A stretch of DNA of 64,000 nt. Origin: Macrostomum lignano. Lineage: Eukaryota. Shown here piece after piece: positions 47,401 through 58,810 of the stretch. The translations under genes were made by a program, and so were the position numbers. Where the stretch lies: assembly GCA_002269645.1 (NCBI GenBank), contig NIVC01001902.1, positions 82,893-146,892 of the forward strand, written 5' to 3'. A model generated the notes under the pieces. The model saw nothing but the letters and a program-made list of their open reading frames with translations, did not search any database and was not told the DNA's origin. Numbering within the stretch: position 1 is the stretch's first letter; every line of letters starts with the position of its first letter.

Positions 47401-49774
47401 GTCAGATCTGTTACAGGGCGATCCTCCCATGGCTCCAGTGAATCCAGGCTACTCCATGGGTGTTCAAGAGGTTAAGCAGCACCTTTTACATATTCTTGAT
47501 GAAGAACAGAAGCGCTATCTGGGATTCAGCGACTTTTCTCATCGAGTAAATGATTTGTGGAAGGCCATACTGTCTGAGGACTTTGTGTTTAGCTTTAAAA
47601 GCAGTGTCGAACTCAAAGCTTATAACATGATGGAGAATAAATTTCTCGAAATAAAAAATCACATTGAAGAGTTGAGCGAAGACTGGCTTCATAGATCGGC
47701 TGCGATTCCCGTTAGAAAATGCGAAACGGTCAGTGCTGTCGCAGATGCGCAGCAGAGGGCGATAAGTGAGCTTCGTGCTATGCTTGAAACTTGGCAGCAG
47801 CAAGGTCTGAATTCCTTAAACCTATTTTTGGATAAGAACCAGTACAGTGAGTACACCATACAATGGAAGGAGCGAAAGTTAGTGTCCCTAAGGGATTGCA
47901 TCAAAAGTCTAGAACAGTCACTTCGGCAGAAACTCCAATTCTTGTGCGACGGGCAAAAAGTTGAGCTTCAGCAAGGTTCACGGACGGAGGAGTGGGAGTC
48001 TAAGATCATAAGACGGGCCACCGAACTTGCACCCACGCTAAGGAGCAGTCCAAAAGAGAAAATTCTGCAGGAATTCGAAGCTCTGTGGCAGGAGCTCGCG
48101 CAGCAGCTGCCATCTGGGAGAACGGTCGAGTTGGGACCTGTTGAGAGCCAAGTCGCAGATCAACTGCGAGAGATCTACTATAAAGAAAAAAAATATGTTG
48201 GCATATTTTTGGAGCAAATTCCATTAAAGAAACAAATAGCGGGTCGAAGTGATAGCTTACTTGAAATTCTGTTTCCCAAAGGAGACACTGTTCAGCTTAT
48301 TATGCGTTCGAGAACCGACAAACTCAAATCTCTTGTTTCCAACCAGGCAGAAGAAGAGCGCAATCTAGTAGTAGACGTTGTATCTGACATTCTCAAGGCC
48401 GTCCAAAGTCTTTGCGAGGACATGAGGGAGGAGTCGACAGGATTCTCAAGGGTTCATGTTAATCGGGTAAAAGATTGCGTGCGTGATGCCATAAACTCCT
48501 CTGTCAGACTATCGAACAATCAAATCGGCACAACACGCGCATTCGAAATCAAGGTAGTGGTCCTCGCCCTCAGCACTGCGTACCCAACATTTGAGCAGAT
48601 TGCGCAGAATTTTTACGAAGTGGTTACGAAGACAAAGATGTTGAACTTATTTGAAAACATTGTCCGCCGGCAGGCCGAAGCCAAGATTGTTGCTGATTTC
48701 ATTCGTGACCATCTGTACTCGGTGATGAAACAGGCTTTCCATGAAAGAATGGCGGGTAAATTGAGAGGAGTAATGCGGAACGAGATCGGCAGGACAAAGT
48801 ACCAGCTCATTGTTCGCATGCTAACGGACATGGCACAGAGAGATGACGCAGAATCGATCCTTGAATACGTGAGAGATTCCCATACTACTGCTCTGAAATG
48901 GCTGACGCAGTTCATAAACCGTCAGCTGTTTCAGAGAACATCGGATGGCAACAGTGTATTTTCAGGCCATCTTGAGTCATCGCTCATTGCGCCGATAATT
49001 GCGGTGACTGAAGAAGCAGCAAGAGTGGCGGCAACTCGGTGCACCTCGCTGACAGTTTGGGTCGATGAATTCTGTAAAGAAATAAAAAAAGAGTTCGTTG
49101 TGCTTTCTAGACACTTACAGCATGTCTGCACTTTCGAATCTACTGTAAAAGTGGAAGATATGTTGAAGCATTTTTTAGGCGGCCTGGGCGACCTCAAGTC
49201 CTCACTGGTGAAGCACTTCGCTAGTATGGACGAGTCAACAGTCAGATGGCATGGAGACTCTACTCTCTATTCCGATGTGCTTCAGAGCCTCTGGGGCTGC
49301 AAAGAACGCTGCCCCTTCTGTAGCGAGCCGTGCTGCAAGTCTCAGGAAAATCACCACGAAAAAGACGGCAGCCCACATTGCTGCATTCAGCACAGACCGC
49401 ATGGAGTGAATGGTGTTTGTTATATTGGAACTGACCAGTTAAAATTTGAAAACTGTGAATGTCTTACATGTAGCGGTGACAGATTTTCATGTTTGATTTG
49501 CAAGCGAAGGGGTAAACAGACGCCAAACTGTCGAGGAGACGACAGCGAACAAGAAGTGTATCACCCTTACAAAGAGTACAAAAAGTACTTTCCAGAGTGG
49601 GAGATTGATCCCGACGCAGGAAACGATTCGGCAAAGTTTTGGCACTGGTTCTCGTGGACATTTAAGGACAAGCTGCAGGCGAAGCATCGAAAAGGAATCG
49701 AACAGCTGCCTCCGACCTGGGCTCTGATTTCCAAGAAGGAGGCGATCGACAGCCTGCGCTTCTTATTGGATTGA
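44483..49774 (+). CDS. Very large inducible GTPase (GVIN1/VLIG/URGCP family), ~1763 aa, single large exon
   Basis: Uninterrupted ORF with HLGLKSYYPERI start of the VLIG core, G1 GLQSSGKS, G3 DTEG, a helical region and a C-terminal Cys/His cluster CPFCSEPC...HRPHG; acceptor ttttatacag just before ATG 44483. Confidence 0.93.
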   Translation: MQETAFPLTILDAEVRLSNAALKAKEMLSEKHPEYASTAFLNVIESYLRKKNIVTLDSLEAIDYELIRKLAGDEESNQVLTDLFTKLHKIIRPTSSIADRKKMFEAMTQQNSKKRFSTIKQSVPVQKELGTSSTTQQSLPLSPRPVSKLELPAPPVPTPRKRQGSMPNRPNVNPQSTTPRVAEPRKPKQFGSVQETVEHLGLKSYYPERISRKDVLFVRRSQDERRNLKENSVAWQVIRALISCDAQGRNLVSETTAPALPKKMSLLNLEDDDEGSSENELNPMDILLASYLCCDKEVQQMLCKALFACKLAFPFIYSTVGKPLVMGSWSLKDIVVQFINENGQYIETSLMTDYHFPVVSFVRIGDLPVSKSKLLNSLLNGTSHETFFHRDCTNGHARRVCSNGLVEATVFLPSRNNKLTRAFLATNLRGDLLDFRDKYQVLTSASKVLVVFVDVSTLSQPECFSQLQSMSKIKELEVIVVLYRSQTLTNPLSSESMSILKSFSCVDTKKGRPEREVVGEIHQRLSESLAKDGMEQKAIGEIKVDFDDGSLVSQARQLCSFIFAEVTKCGIMNLKKKHLPLQEKWMDYSRHYKKENSSKATDEAKLEAQHQRFKARRQQMGLYDQLSPIMEEFLTTLTKIADNELLVKLWLQCIRSFFDTSREHLPKLQKMQKELRQQKETADESSLTTIDDQLKELGHQILLASIGLENLFREAGQVYEASLAASLENAKTFRALDINLFPRVMAKLLLCGVPLEILDGDAGNIPSAWISAILKSCHELVGDKKIYVISVLGLQSSGKSTLLNTMFGLKFAVSERRCTRGAFLQLVPVESGMPFDYVAVLDTEGLRAPELGLEKYHHDNELATLVIGLGDVTIINIKGENAAEMNEILQIAIHAFIRMKMANKDRDLHRHCIFIHQNVAAAGAKEMMQEATFKIQQKLDNMAKEAAEEEGLHDVKRFGDILQFNRDTDIFFMSDLLQGDPPMAPVNPGYSMGVQEVKQHLLHILDEEQKRYLGFSDFSHRVNDLWKAILSEDFVFSFKSSVELKAYNMMENKFLEIKNHIEELSEDWLHRSAAIPVRKCETVSAVADAQQRAISELRAMLETWQQQGLNSLNLFLDKNQYSEYTIQWKERKLVSLRDCIKSLEQSLRQKLQFLCDGQKVELQQGSRTEEWESKIIRRATELAPTLRSSPKEKILQEFEALWQELAQQLPSGRTVELGPVESQVADQLREIYYKEKKYVGIFLEQIPLKKQIAGRSDSLLEILFPKGDTVQLIMRSRTDKLKSLVSNQAEEERNLVVDVVSDILKAVQSLCEDMREESTGFSRVHVNRVKDCVRDAINSSVRLSNNQIGTTRAFEIKVVVLALSTAYPTFEQIAQNFYEVVTKTKMLNLFENIVRRQAEAKIVADFIRDHLYSVMKQAFHERMAGKLRGVMRNEIGRTKYQLIVRMLTDMAQRDDAESILEYVRDSHTTALKWLTQFINRQLFQRTSDGNSVFSGHLESSLIAPIIAVTEEAARVAATRCTSLTVWVDEFCKEIKKEFVVLSRHLQHVCTFESTVKVEDMLKHFLGGLGDLKSSLVKHFASMDESTVRWHGDSTLYSDVLQSLWGCKERCPFCSEPCCKSQENHHEKDGSPHCCIQHRPHGVNGVCYIGTDQLKFENCECLTCSGDRFSCLICKRRGKQTPNCRGDDSEQEVYHPYKEYKKYFPEWEIDPDAGNDSAKFWHWFSWTFKDKLQAKHRKGIEQLPPTWALISKKEAIDSLRFLLD

Positions 49775-51287
49775 GTTGCTCGTTACTTGCGTTGGTCCTG
49801 AAGGCAGGAACTGTGTTTAAATGCACGCTTATCTATTGGAGCTAAAACTCGTAAATATTCTGTTTGTGTAAGTGTGCCTGTGTGTACAGTATTATTTTTT
49901 AGTGTGCGCGGAACAGCAAGAAATTTTGTTTTTTTTGAGAAAAATTTGATTTTTCTTTCACGATCAGCACATAGTGAGGAAATACGAAAATGTTCAGCAA
50001 GATTCCATGCACGTGTAAGCTGGGAAGGATTTCTCAAACTCATGTTAAGAGTTTGGGCACGGACTTAGGATTGGTATATTTTTATAGCTAGCTATAGCAA
50101 GGCTGCTTTCGAGGGTGGATCGGAGCACTATATTTTGAAATTCCCTCTTAAACTTCGGTATATGTATAGCAAGCAGATCATGCATCAAGGGAGATTTCAT
50201 AAATCCTTCGTTTAGGTAATTGCGATTGCATTGCAGTAGTACAAGCTGTAAACTGTTGTTTACAAGCGCTAAACTTAAAAACCGCTAAACCTTTGCATTG
50301 TTTCCATTAAGCATGAATGATAGCTAGCTATTTCTAAAAAAAATGTTTTCGCCTTTCGTGTTCAGCTTTCCGACAAAATTTTTGTTTGTTTCTGCAAATT
50401 TAAAATTTTAATGTCCTGTTCATAATGTCGATCGTACTAATTTTTTTTGCTCCATGTATGTATATTTAACTCAGAATCTATACTTTGAAGTTTATTTGCG
50501 CCAAATGAACTTTAATACAATAATATTTTAGAGATTTCAAGTTTATTTGATTTAAAATGAAGTTTCGTATCGGATTCTTCTCGTTGTTAAACACTTAATT
50601 ATTGTGTGATTTTGAATTTTGTATCCTTAGCTGACGGCAATTATAGTTTTGCTGATAAACAGTTTTCCAATAAAAGTGCATAGATATAAATTTTGATTTG
50701 CTGTGATAAATATTCTTTCGTTTGCAAAAATAAAAAATCATCTAGCTGTATTCATTCTTGAATCCATTTTAACGCAGAAATTGAAGCACTTAGCAACGAT
50801 TATAAACTACATGTACGTTAAGTACTAATTGGAAGTAGTGCGTTTGCCTCTGTACTTTGGAACTCAATAATGAACAACTAAAGTGTAGTAGGAAGCCTTT
50901 CAGATTTCAATGGTAGGCTTTTGCTACAGACGCAAAAGTACAAATGCGAGATATGATTTTTTAGCTTCTTAGCACAATTTATATGTTACTTAATTAGATT
51001 ACGCTGCTTCTGAATTTCATTTACAAACGCAATGAGTATAGCTATATGCCTATGTGTTTTGTTGAAGTGGAAGCCCCACATCAATTGTTGGGTGGCTCTG
51101 GCACCTGGGCTGAGGTTTTGGCGCAGGGGGATCTGCACATTGGATTTGAGCACGCGGTTTTCACATCTCCCACTGGCTCCCACATCTTAATAAAATTTCC
51201 ACTTGATTCGCCTACTTCTCCCTGCGACGCTGCTCTGTTCCCGGTTTTGTTCCCCCTTCCCAGCCACCCAGCTTTTCCCTCAGCATC

Positions 51288-51530
51288 ACTCCCCCTCAGC
51301 ATCACTCCCCTTCAGCATCACTCCCCCTCAGCATCACTCCCCCTCAGCATCACTCCCCCTCAGCATCACTCCCCCTCAGCATCACTCCCCCTCAGCATCA
51401 CTCCCCCTCAGCATCACACCCCCTCAGCATCACTCCCCCTCAGCATCACTCCCCCTCAGCATCACTCCCCCTCAGCATCACACCCCCTCAGCATCACACC
51501 CCTCAGCATCACTCCCCCTCAGCATCCCTC
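51288..51530. repeat. 16-bp minisatellite (CAGCATCACTCCCCCT)
   Basis: Direct reading. Confidence 0.95.
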
Positions 51531-51566
51531 CCTCTCGGAATCACTCGGAATCAAGATGACGCAACC

Positions 51567-54500
51567 CAGGGACAACTAAAACCCTCGGGACGCGAAACGA
51601 GCCAATTCATGGCAAAAAATCTGAGGGGCTCGCTTAAAAGTATTGTTCTATGGCTTTTTCAAGTCTTCTCTGCTATCAGGCAAATTAAAATTGCTTTAGC
51701 TGCGGCCAGCAGTGAAGCTAAGCTGAACTATATCAAGAGAAGCATTTTTTATTCACTTGATGAAATGCCAAGAAAGTGCAGCGTATTTCCGTGCTCGTCA
51801 AATTACAACTCTGAAGCCGTTCGAACACGGACATTTGCGTTTCCCAGAGATCCACAGGAGCGAGAGCGATGGAGAAAGGCGCTGCCAAATATTCTCCAGG
51901 TAAGAAACCAGATCATTTGCTGTCATTACTGCTGCATAATTCCGCTTCAATTCTGCATTCCAGCCTCGTCCAAACAACTTGAAACCCAAAATTTATTATT
52001 TTAGAGAGTGACTGACAATATGGGCGTGTGCGTAAAGCATTGGCCAAGCGATGCTCCAATGGTCAAGAAAAACTCTACCAAAAGGCCAATTAATCCTCCT
52101 TCTGTTTTTAATGGAGTTCCTAGCTCGTGTTTTGTTCAGAACCAAGGTACGTAACTTAAAGATTGCTCAACACTTAGCGTCTATATCGATTTTGCCGCTC
52201 ACAATTATCTTACTTTTATTTTTACTCTTATTTTAGACCAGGACCGACAGGCCGAAAAGCGCGGTGTTCTTTCTGACGCGAGGTGCGGCGACATCGATGA
52301 GATGGACGCTTTTCAGCTGCTTGATTTTTTGCCGGCATGGGAAAGTTTTCGAGCTGAGGTGAAAAATTCGGATGTCGTATCTCGACATGCACTGAATACA
52401 GCTATTCTGAACGAAGACGTTTACTTGTTTACGTTAGATAAAGATGGAGACCTGTCTGCTCGAATTTTTGTCTCACCCAACTTTCTGATTCGTGCATTCA
52501 AACTGTATACACCGATTTCGGTTCGAGACTTGTTGGGATTTCAACCGACACTCAAGCGCTGGTCGCAACTGGATGCTGTTGTCGTGCGGTGCAAAAATTC
52601 CGACGCCAATCCCCAACGTGAAGTCGAAGTGTTTGTTAGTAGAATCAGTGATGATATAGATTCTGACTCTGATTTGGATCCGTCGCTTCAGTTTTTGATT
52701 CGACAACTTAGCCTTACATTAGTAAATCGGAACAATCGCCGCTATGACATTTCACTAGTGCGACAGTCAGCATTGCTCTACTTGATCAGTAGTTCGGCTT
52801 ACTCTTACCTACGGAAGCTATTGCCATTGCCTCATCCCCGAACGCTGCAGCTGCAACTAGCAGGTACAGGAGAAGTTGGCACAGAAACCGACGCAGCCGA
52901 TGTGATCCAGTCAGTTTTTGCTAGTCTATCAGGAGCTCAGCGAAACTGCGTAATATGTTTGACGAAATGTACATACAACCGTCCGTTCGATATCGATGCC
53001 GTCACCTGGGTCGAGCCGTCGACGATCCGGACCAGGTTGCTAGGACAATTTTGGCCATAATGGTGAAGCCATTACTTGGTGGAAAACCGTTTGTAGTCCG
53101 ACTATTGCCGACATACATTTTGTCTGCGGAGTTTCTGCGAAAATGCGTCAGCCAATGTATTAAAGCAATTAACAACAACGGTGGCCGTGTCGTTGCTCTC
53201 GTCAGCGACAATCACCCGACCAACCGCAAGTGTTTTGCTTTATTTAGCGATGGAAGAGAGAAGCCATGGATTGGAACGGATGCTGCACAGGAGTCGGAAT
53301 TCTTCATGCTGTTCGATTTCGTTCACATTATCAAATGCATTCGCAACAATTGGCAAATGGAAGCGAATGGAATTCTAAGCATTCAACCTCCTGGCGCTGA
53401 CAGACAGATATCCGCTAAATAGTCAGACATGGTACGCCTGTACCAAATGGAGAAAGACCACGTAGTCAAGCGCACATGTCTAACTCATGAGGCCTGTTAT
53501 CCCACAAGCACTCAGAAAACTAAAGTCAGTCTCGCTCTCCAAGTTCTCGATGAAAGGGTTGCCGCTGCATTGAAGTGTGATGGATACTCAGACACTGCGG
53601 AATTTATCAAAACCATAGTGAGATTCTGGAAAATTGTCAATTGTAAAAATCCTGATCTACACGCACGACTACGGGATCCGGACAGGCGACCAGTCTATTC
53701 CGTTCAAGATGAAAGCATACAATTTCTTAGCGCGCTCGCGGATTCGTTTGATACGACACATTGTGGAAAAGGCCGAGCTCGCCATCATTCATTGACGCCC
53801 GAGACCAAGTCAGCGCTAGTAAACTCACTGCGCGGAGCCTGTGAGATGTGTGAGGTTCTTTTGTCCGACCCACGAATCAGCTACGTTCTGCTGGCTGGCT
53901 GGCGTATATCGCCAAATGAGCGGCGGCAACTACTATGTATCTGTGGAGCAAGTGCTGCTCAGTGCTCGACTCCGACGAATGAAATTATTGGCATCCCTTG
54001 AATTAGCAGACTACAAGCACGATCGGAGCAAATGTTGCAATGAACAGCTGAATGAAATTGAACTGGCGACCATTGATAATTGTGCTGCTAAATCAGAGGA
54101 GCTTTCCATTTCGGAGATGGCTTCGCTCTACTATATCGCAGGTAAGCTGGATATTAATTAAAATTTAATTCACAACGAGGTTTTACACAATCTCATAAAA
54201 ACAATTCAAACCGTGCTTAATTGGAAATTGACAGGTTATACAGCGACTAAAGAAGGCAGGCATTATAGGAACAGATTTGATATCAGAGACGAGCATTCCA
54301 GCCAGCGAATTCACTGAAGAGTTATCTCGCGGAAAGCTTTGTCATCCTCCACAATGGCTGTTAGACTTATCCTGTCTCTGCTACAGCAGTTTTATTCTGC
54401 ACTCTCGTACGTGCGCAACTCGCGTGCAGAAGCTGTTTTATGTTATTAAGGACTTTTACTTTCCAACTAAGACACAGTTCAGCATGGACAGTGTCCCGTC

Positions 54501-54981
54501 GGCTAGCCAACGTTTTTTTCAAAGGACTAGTAAGACGCTCGTCAAAACTCCCACCAATACCGACGACATCCCATGATAGAAAGCTTCGGAAGTTAGATGC
54601 TCAGTAGGTGAAGTTCCAGCGTTTCCTTTATGTACGAGCTACTGATTGTTTGTGTCGTCTTGTCCTTGGAGTTCCGTATTTGCTTCTATCTTCTTGCCGT
54701 TGGAGTTTCATCTTTGCTTTCATCTTTTATCTTCTTGCCGTTGGAGTTTTTTTGTTGATATGGCGGTTACTTTATTGTAAATACATTGTAATTATATCAC
54801 TGGTTCCTATTCTTTAAATTAAATACTCGACATTGCCTCGCTTTACTATTTAATCTAACCGTTAATGCCTGATAGCAGAGAAGACTTGAAAAAGCCATAG
54901 AACAATACTTTTAAGCGAGCCCCTCAGATTTTTTGCCATGAATTGGCTCGTTTCGCGTCCCGAGGGTTTTAGTTGTCCCTG
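51567..54981 (+). mobile_element. P-superfamily (THAP transposase) DNA transposon, complete ends
   Basis: Perfect 116-bp TIRs (51567-51682 and 54866-54981; CAGGG...CCCTG); flanking direct repeat GACGCAACC on both sides. Confidence 0.95.
51765..54577 (+). pseudogene. THAP9/P-element-like transposase, 4 exons, disrupted
   Basis: THAP CSVFPC...FPRD...W...CVKHW is split by intron 51900-52004; further introns 52147-52236 and 54142-54234; FDEM, SDNHPTN, FDFVHIIKCIRNNW, YIAGY and LSRGKL motifs; frameshifts (~52955, ~53897, ~54270, ~54500) and a stop at ~53420. Confidence 0.88.
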
Positions 54982-57156
54982 GACGCAACCATAATTCTAG
55001 ACATCCGTGCGCAATTTTCTTTTACGTTTAGGCAATAAAAATATTTTAACCAATTCAGAAAGATACAAAACCGTTATACATATAATACCAGCCGTGCTAG
55101 CATTCAAGAATCAAGTTTTGTTTTAATCACGATATCAGGCGAGCTAGTTATCAGGTCTGGGCGTTCTTCATAATGTTTGGTGTCCCTATAGAGACAATTT
55201 AAAATTTTTAGTAAACTCATTGCATTATATTTTTTGAATTTTCTAAAATAACAATCATGTAAAAAGTCTTGCTAATGTTTCGAATGTTAATTTGTGTCAA
55301 ATTACGATCGTAAATTCGATTTTGCTTAGATCGCTCAGAGAGCGAAGCTATCTCTGATTGGCTTCCAGCCTTCTGACGTCACGGACGTGTTTCTAAAAAC
55401 AGGATTATCACGTCTGGTCGCATTAAGGAAGATAGCGACTTAGTTTTGGGGGTTCTGCTAGATGGGTTCAGAAAACAAAATAATCAAACGAGAACAATAC
55501 CGGTAGAAGCAATTATCGAGAGCAATCGAGAAGGAGAATTATGGTCTAGCACAGCCTCTTATAGGAAAAGAAAGAGCTGCAATTTCGAGTGCGATTTTCA
55601 GGAACTGAATGAATCTAAGTCTGGGGTTTTATGTGTGGAAGGCAAGTCACCTCTATTTTGTTTCTGTTTATTGGCGTTTTTCTACTTGTCACTGACCGAA
55701 AAGAACTTTCTAAGACGCTCGTAGACCTCGTAAAAAAACAGGAAATAAGAAAGGAAACAGTGCGAGAGAGACAGAGTGAGCAGGGGAGATTGCGCAATTT
55801 GGGGGGAGAGAAAGAGTGAAAAGTATGCACTATGTATAATTAGTAGTGATTATAGAACACTAGTAGGGGCATTACAGTAGGTGAAAGAATGACGTCAATA
55901 GTAAAAAATAGAATTACGAGCTATTATTGTCATTATTATCAGATGCGCCCGGAGAGCGGGTGCTGATTGTGAATTAATTTCTTTCGGGGATTTAAAATAA
56001 AGTCTCGTACTCAAACAGAGCCAGAGTATTTGAGCCTTCTTCGGTACACCGATGAAGTCAGGGCTGCTGCATTCTACTCGTGGCTTGTGTCACGTCTTTG
56101 ACTCATCATACTTCTTTCTTCTTTGAGTCGTCCAGGTAAAAATACCTTGTCCTCATTGTTTCTCAGACCAGTTTATGGTTTGCTATTATATAGGGTGTAC
56201 TTTAAATCTGGATAGAATTTTTTAGAACATGAGTAGTGTAGCTACCATTTAAAACTATAGACAATTAGTATTGCAGAGTTCTCTACTCTTTGTCTCCGGC
56301 AGTTTTTCGTAAACTCCAATTCCAAACCAGCTTTGTGTGCGTTCTAATTGATTTCACTATTCCTTTCAGTTGTACTGCCAACCTTTCTGCAAACTGGATC
56401 CCCGGCTAGTCTCGAAGATGATGGAGTCTGGCCGATTGGCGAGTGAGGCCTCCGTGGTACTGAATAATTACTTCTCTTTTGGATATTGTATAGTAAAGGC
56501 AGTCTGCCCAGCTCTGGGCGGGCTGGCTGGCCATTACTGTCAGTATTTTAAGCTAATCAGTAGAATTGCCTTGTTAGTTGTGAATTTGGTCCTCTGGATT
56601 AGACTTCCGTCCCAGGGTTCCAGGAAACGAATTGCCTCCTAAGGCCCCAGAGGCGCGCGCTTTCAACCATGGCAGTGCAAATGAGAATCAGTTCTACTAG
56701 CATCTGAAGACAGTTGGCACGAGACTATACACGGACGGTTGCAGGCAAAAAGACGGAGATGCGGCGCGGGAGACGGCAGCGAGGCAGAAAGACGCTTATT
56801 TTGCAAAATACTGCTAGAATTGCTGCTCTTACCCAGTAGCTCTCTGTTCGGGTCTGCTCAACCGTTAATTGACGTTACTGCCATCATCTCACTTCAGCTA
56901 AAGCATTGAGATTTATCATCTATGATAAAGGAAATTGGGATGCCATTTTGAGCTGGATTTTTTTACCTAGCCTAGCAACGAATCGATTTCAATTGTTTTT
57001 TTATTTTCTCACACTAATTCTAAATAATTCACGGCGTTGCTAACAACAAGCTTGGGAATTGGCAACTGCTGTACATGTACCGGATCAAGTCCCATTGAAC
57101 ATGTAGATAGTAGATTTACCCATATGCTCGTAGCTTTTCACCAATCTAACTACTAT

Positions 57157-57230
57157 GGGGCCGTAGCCCAGTGGTCTGGCGCGGCGCTCGGATGTGCCAG
57201 CGGCCCAGGCTCGATTCCAAATGCAGCTAT
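57157..57230 (+). other. tRNA-like sequence (pseudo-tRNA or SINE head)
   Basis: GGGGCCGTAGCCCAGTGG (A box), stem GGCGC/GTGCC, GGCTCGATTCC (B-box-like); acceptor stem does not pair. Confidence 0.5.
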
Positions 57231-57787
57231 GTTAATTATATTTGGGGCTGAATTTGAATCTCGGCTTGGCTTTGCTCGTACAATTAACGCCCTTGATGGC
57301 CAACCCCCAAGGCACAGTGAAGTGTACATGCCTAACGATAAATAAATTTTGGGCCGCTGTACACTCCTGTGTGAGTGTGTGCCTGTGCGTCTGACTGTGT
57401 ACGCATCCGCGCGCTTGTATGCCTGCTCAGGGGAGTCGGCGGAATAGGCAGTAATGCCTCTCACCGGATGTGTGACAATGTCGCTTGAAGTGCGCCGGGG
57501 TGCACACAGCACCATAAAACCTCAGCAATTTGAATTTGAACAGAGTGATTTGAATCGATCAGAAAAGTGCAGATTCCCTGTATGTAAAAAAGTAAGTGTG
57601 AGAGAAAAATCGTCGGATTCAACCAAAAGATGTTCAGGGACGGTCCCAGCGCCTTCTCCAATATATTTAACACAAAATCGAGCCAATACAAAATCGATAT
57701 TTTGCCAGTCAAGTCAAAGAATGTCAACGCATCCGCTAGGAAACAAAAAGATGGCAATCGCTGAGCCGCATAAATCCGTTGACGTCG

Positions 57788-58810
57788 TCAGCCGGTGCGG
57801 TCGAAAACCAGACGTAAGTCGGCGCTGTCCAGCTTGTTGGCCGAGACGCCCACGGCCGCGACGACGCCGTCGAGAAAATCTGTCGGACCACCGCTGCTGC
57901 CGCTCCAGCCGATGGCCATGCAGTAGCTGGTGTCGGCATTGAGGTAGCGCCCAGTAGGCAGAGTGTTATGCGGCACCACGGTGTAGTCCACGAAGTATTT
58001 GTAATCGTAATCGCTTGGGTCGTCATGAATACTTGACCGGTTGATAGCCAATGCCAGCGTGAAGAACTGACTGTCATCATCTGGCAGGGCGGACTCACCG
58101 GTGTAGGACGTGGCGTACGGACCCAGGTCGGAAAACAGAGCTCCGTTAGGCGACGAATTCGGGGCCAGGTAGTTCTTCTCGAGGATCTCCATGATCATCA
58201 CCTTGAAAGTGGCGCAGTCAGTCAGCTCAAAAAAGATATTGTTTTTTGGTCTTCTTTTCAAGCGAATCCCAAACGACAAAGTATGTGTAAGGTGGAGCAA
58301 CGGTACCGGAGAGGACCACAGCCTAGAGTTGTTTGAACCGTACAGACGAGGTCCCTCGCTGGTCCAGGTGACTCCAGTTGACATTATGGTTGCATCGGTT
58401 CCGCCCGGCATGCAAGCCAGGCTTTCCATCCTTCCAGTGCCGGCGTCTCCAACCCAGATAAATAAGAACAGTCGGCTGGCCGAGATCGCGTCATACTTGG
58501 TGCCGAGGACCGTCCTGCAGCTGGTCGGGGTGGGTTGCTCATATTGACCGGCAGCCATAAGCTGCTGGCAGACTCGCTGGTAGTTGTACAGCCAGCAAGT
58601 GTTGTCGCGGTCGTTCCACTGGGCCACGGCAAGGCCGCCCATGTCGTTGGTGCGGCTGGTCGCCACGCAGTCGATGAACGACGTGGCGGAGGAGTCGCTG
58701 CCGCGAGACTGGTCGAGGCAGTCGGTGTGGAGAATGTTGAGAGTTTTGGCGGTGGCGAGCGCCTGCAGCTGCACGAGCAGCAGAGTGGCAGTCAGTGCTC
58801 GAAGTGGCAT
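57788..58810 (-). CDS. Secreted protein, ~340 aa: signal peptide, PAN/Apple-like N-terminus, LamG/ConA-like C-terminal domain
   Basis: GC-rich intronless ORF; hydrophobic leader MPLRALTATLLLVQLQALA; C..W..D..CWLY; C-terminal FFTLA...YFVD...IGW...FLDGVVAAVGV...L...DLRLVF resembles Laminin_G_3. Confidence 0.72.
   Translation of the reverse strand: MPLRALTATLLLVQLQALATAKTLNILHTDCLDQSRGSDSSATSFIDCVATSRTNDMGGLAVAQWNDRDNTCWLYNYQRVCQQLMAAGQYEQPTPTSCRTVLGTKYDAISASRLFLFIWVGDAGTGRMESLACMPGGTDATIMSTGVTWTSEGPRLYGSNNSRLWSSPVPLLHLTHTLSFGIRLKRRPKNNIFFELTDCATFKVMIMEILEKNYLAPNSSPNGALFSDLGPYATSYTGESALPDDDSQFFTLALAINRSSIHDDPSDYDYKYFVDYTVVPHNTLPTGRYLNADTSYCMAIGWSGSSGGPTDFLDGVVAAVGVSANKLDSADLRLVFDRTG

Noticed and set aside
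44467-49687. Many short minus-strand ORFs within the VLIG gene
   Set aside because: They are antisense shadows of a long coding exon.
51609-51764. N-terminal extension MAKNLRGS of the THAP ORF
   Set aside because: It lies largely within the TIR; THAP domains normally start at the N-terminus (ATG 51765).
57157-57230. Functional tRNA gene
   Set aside because: The acceptor stem does not pair and the anticodon loop is irregular; kept only as a tRNA-like relic.
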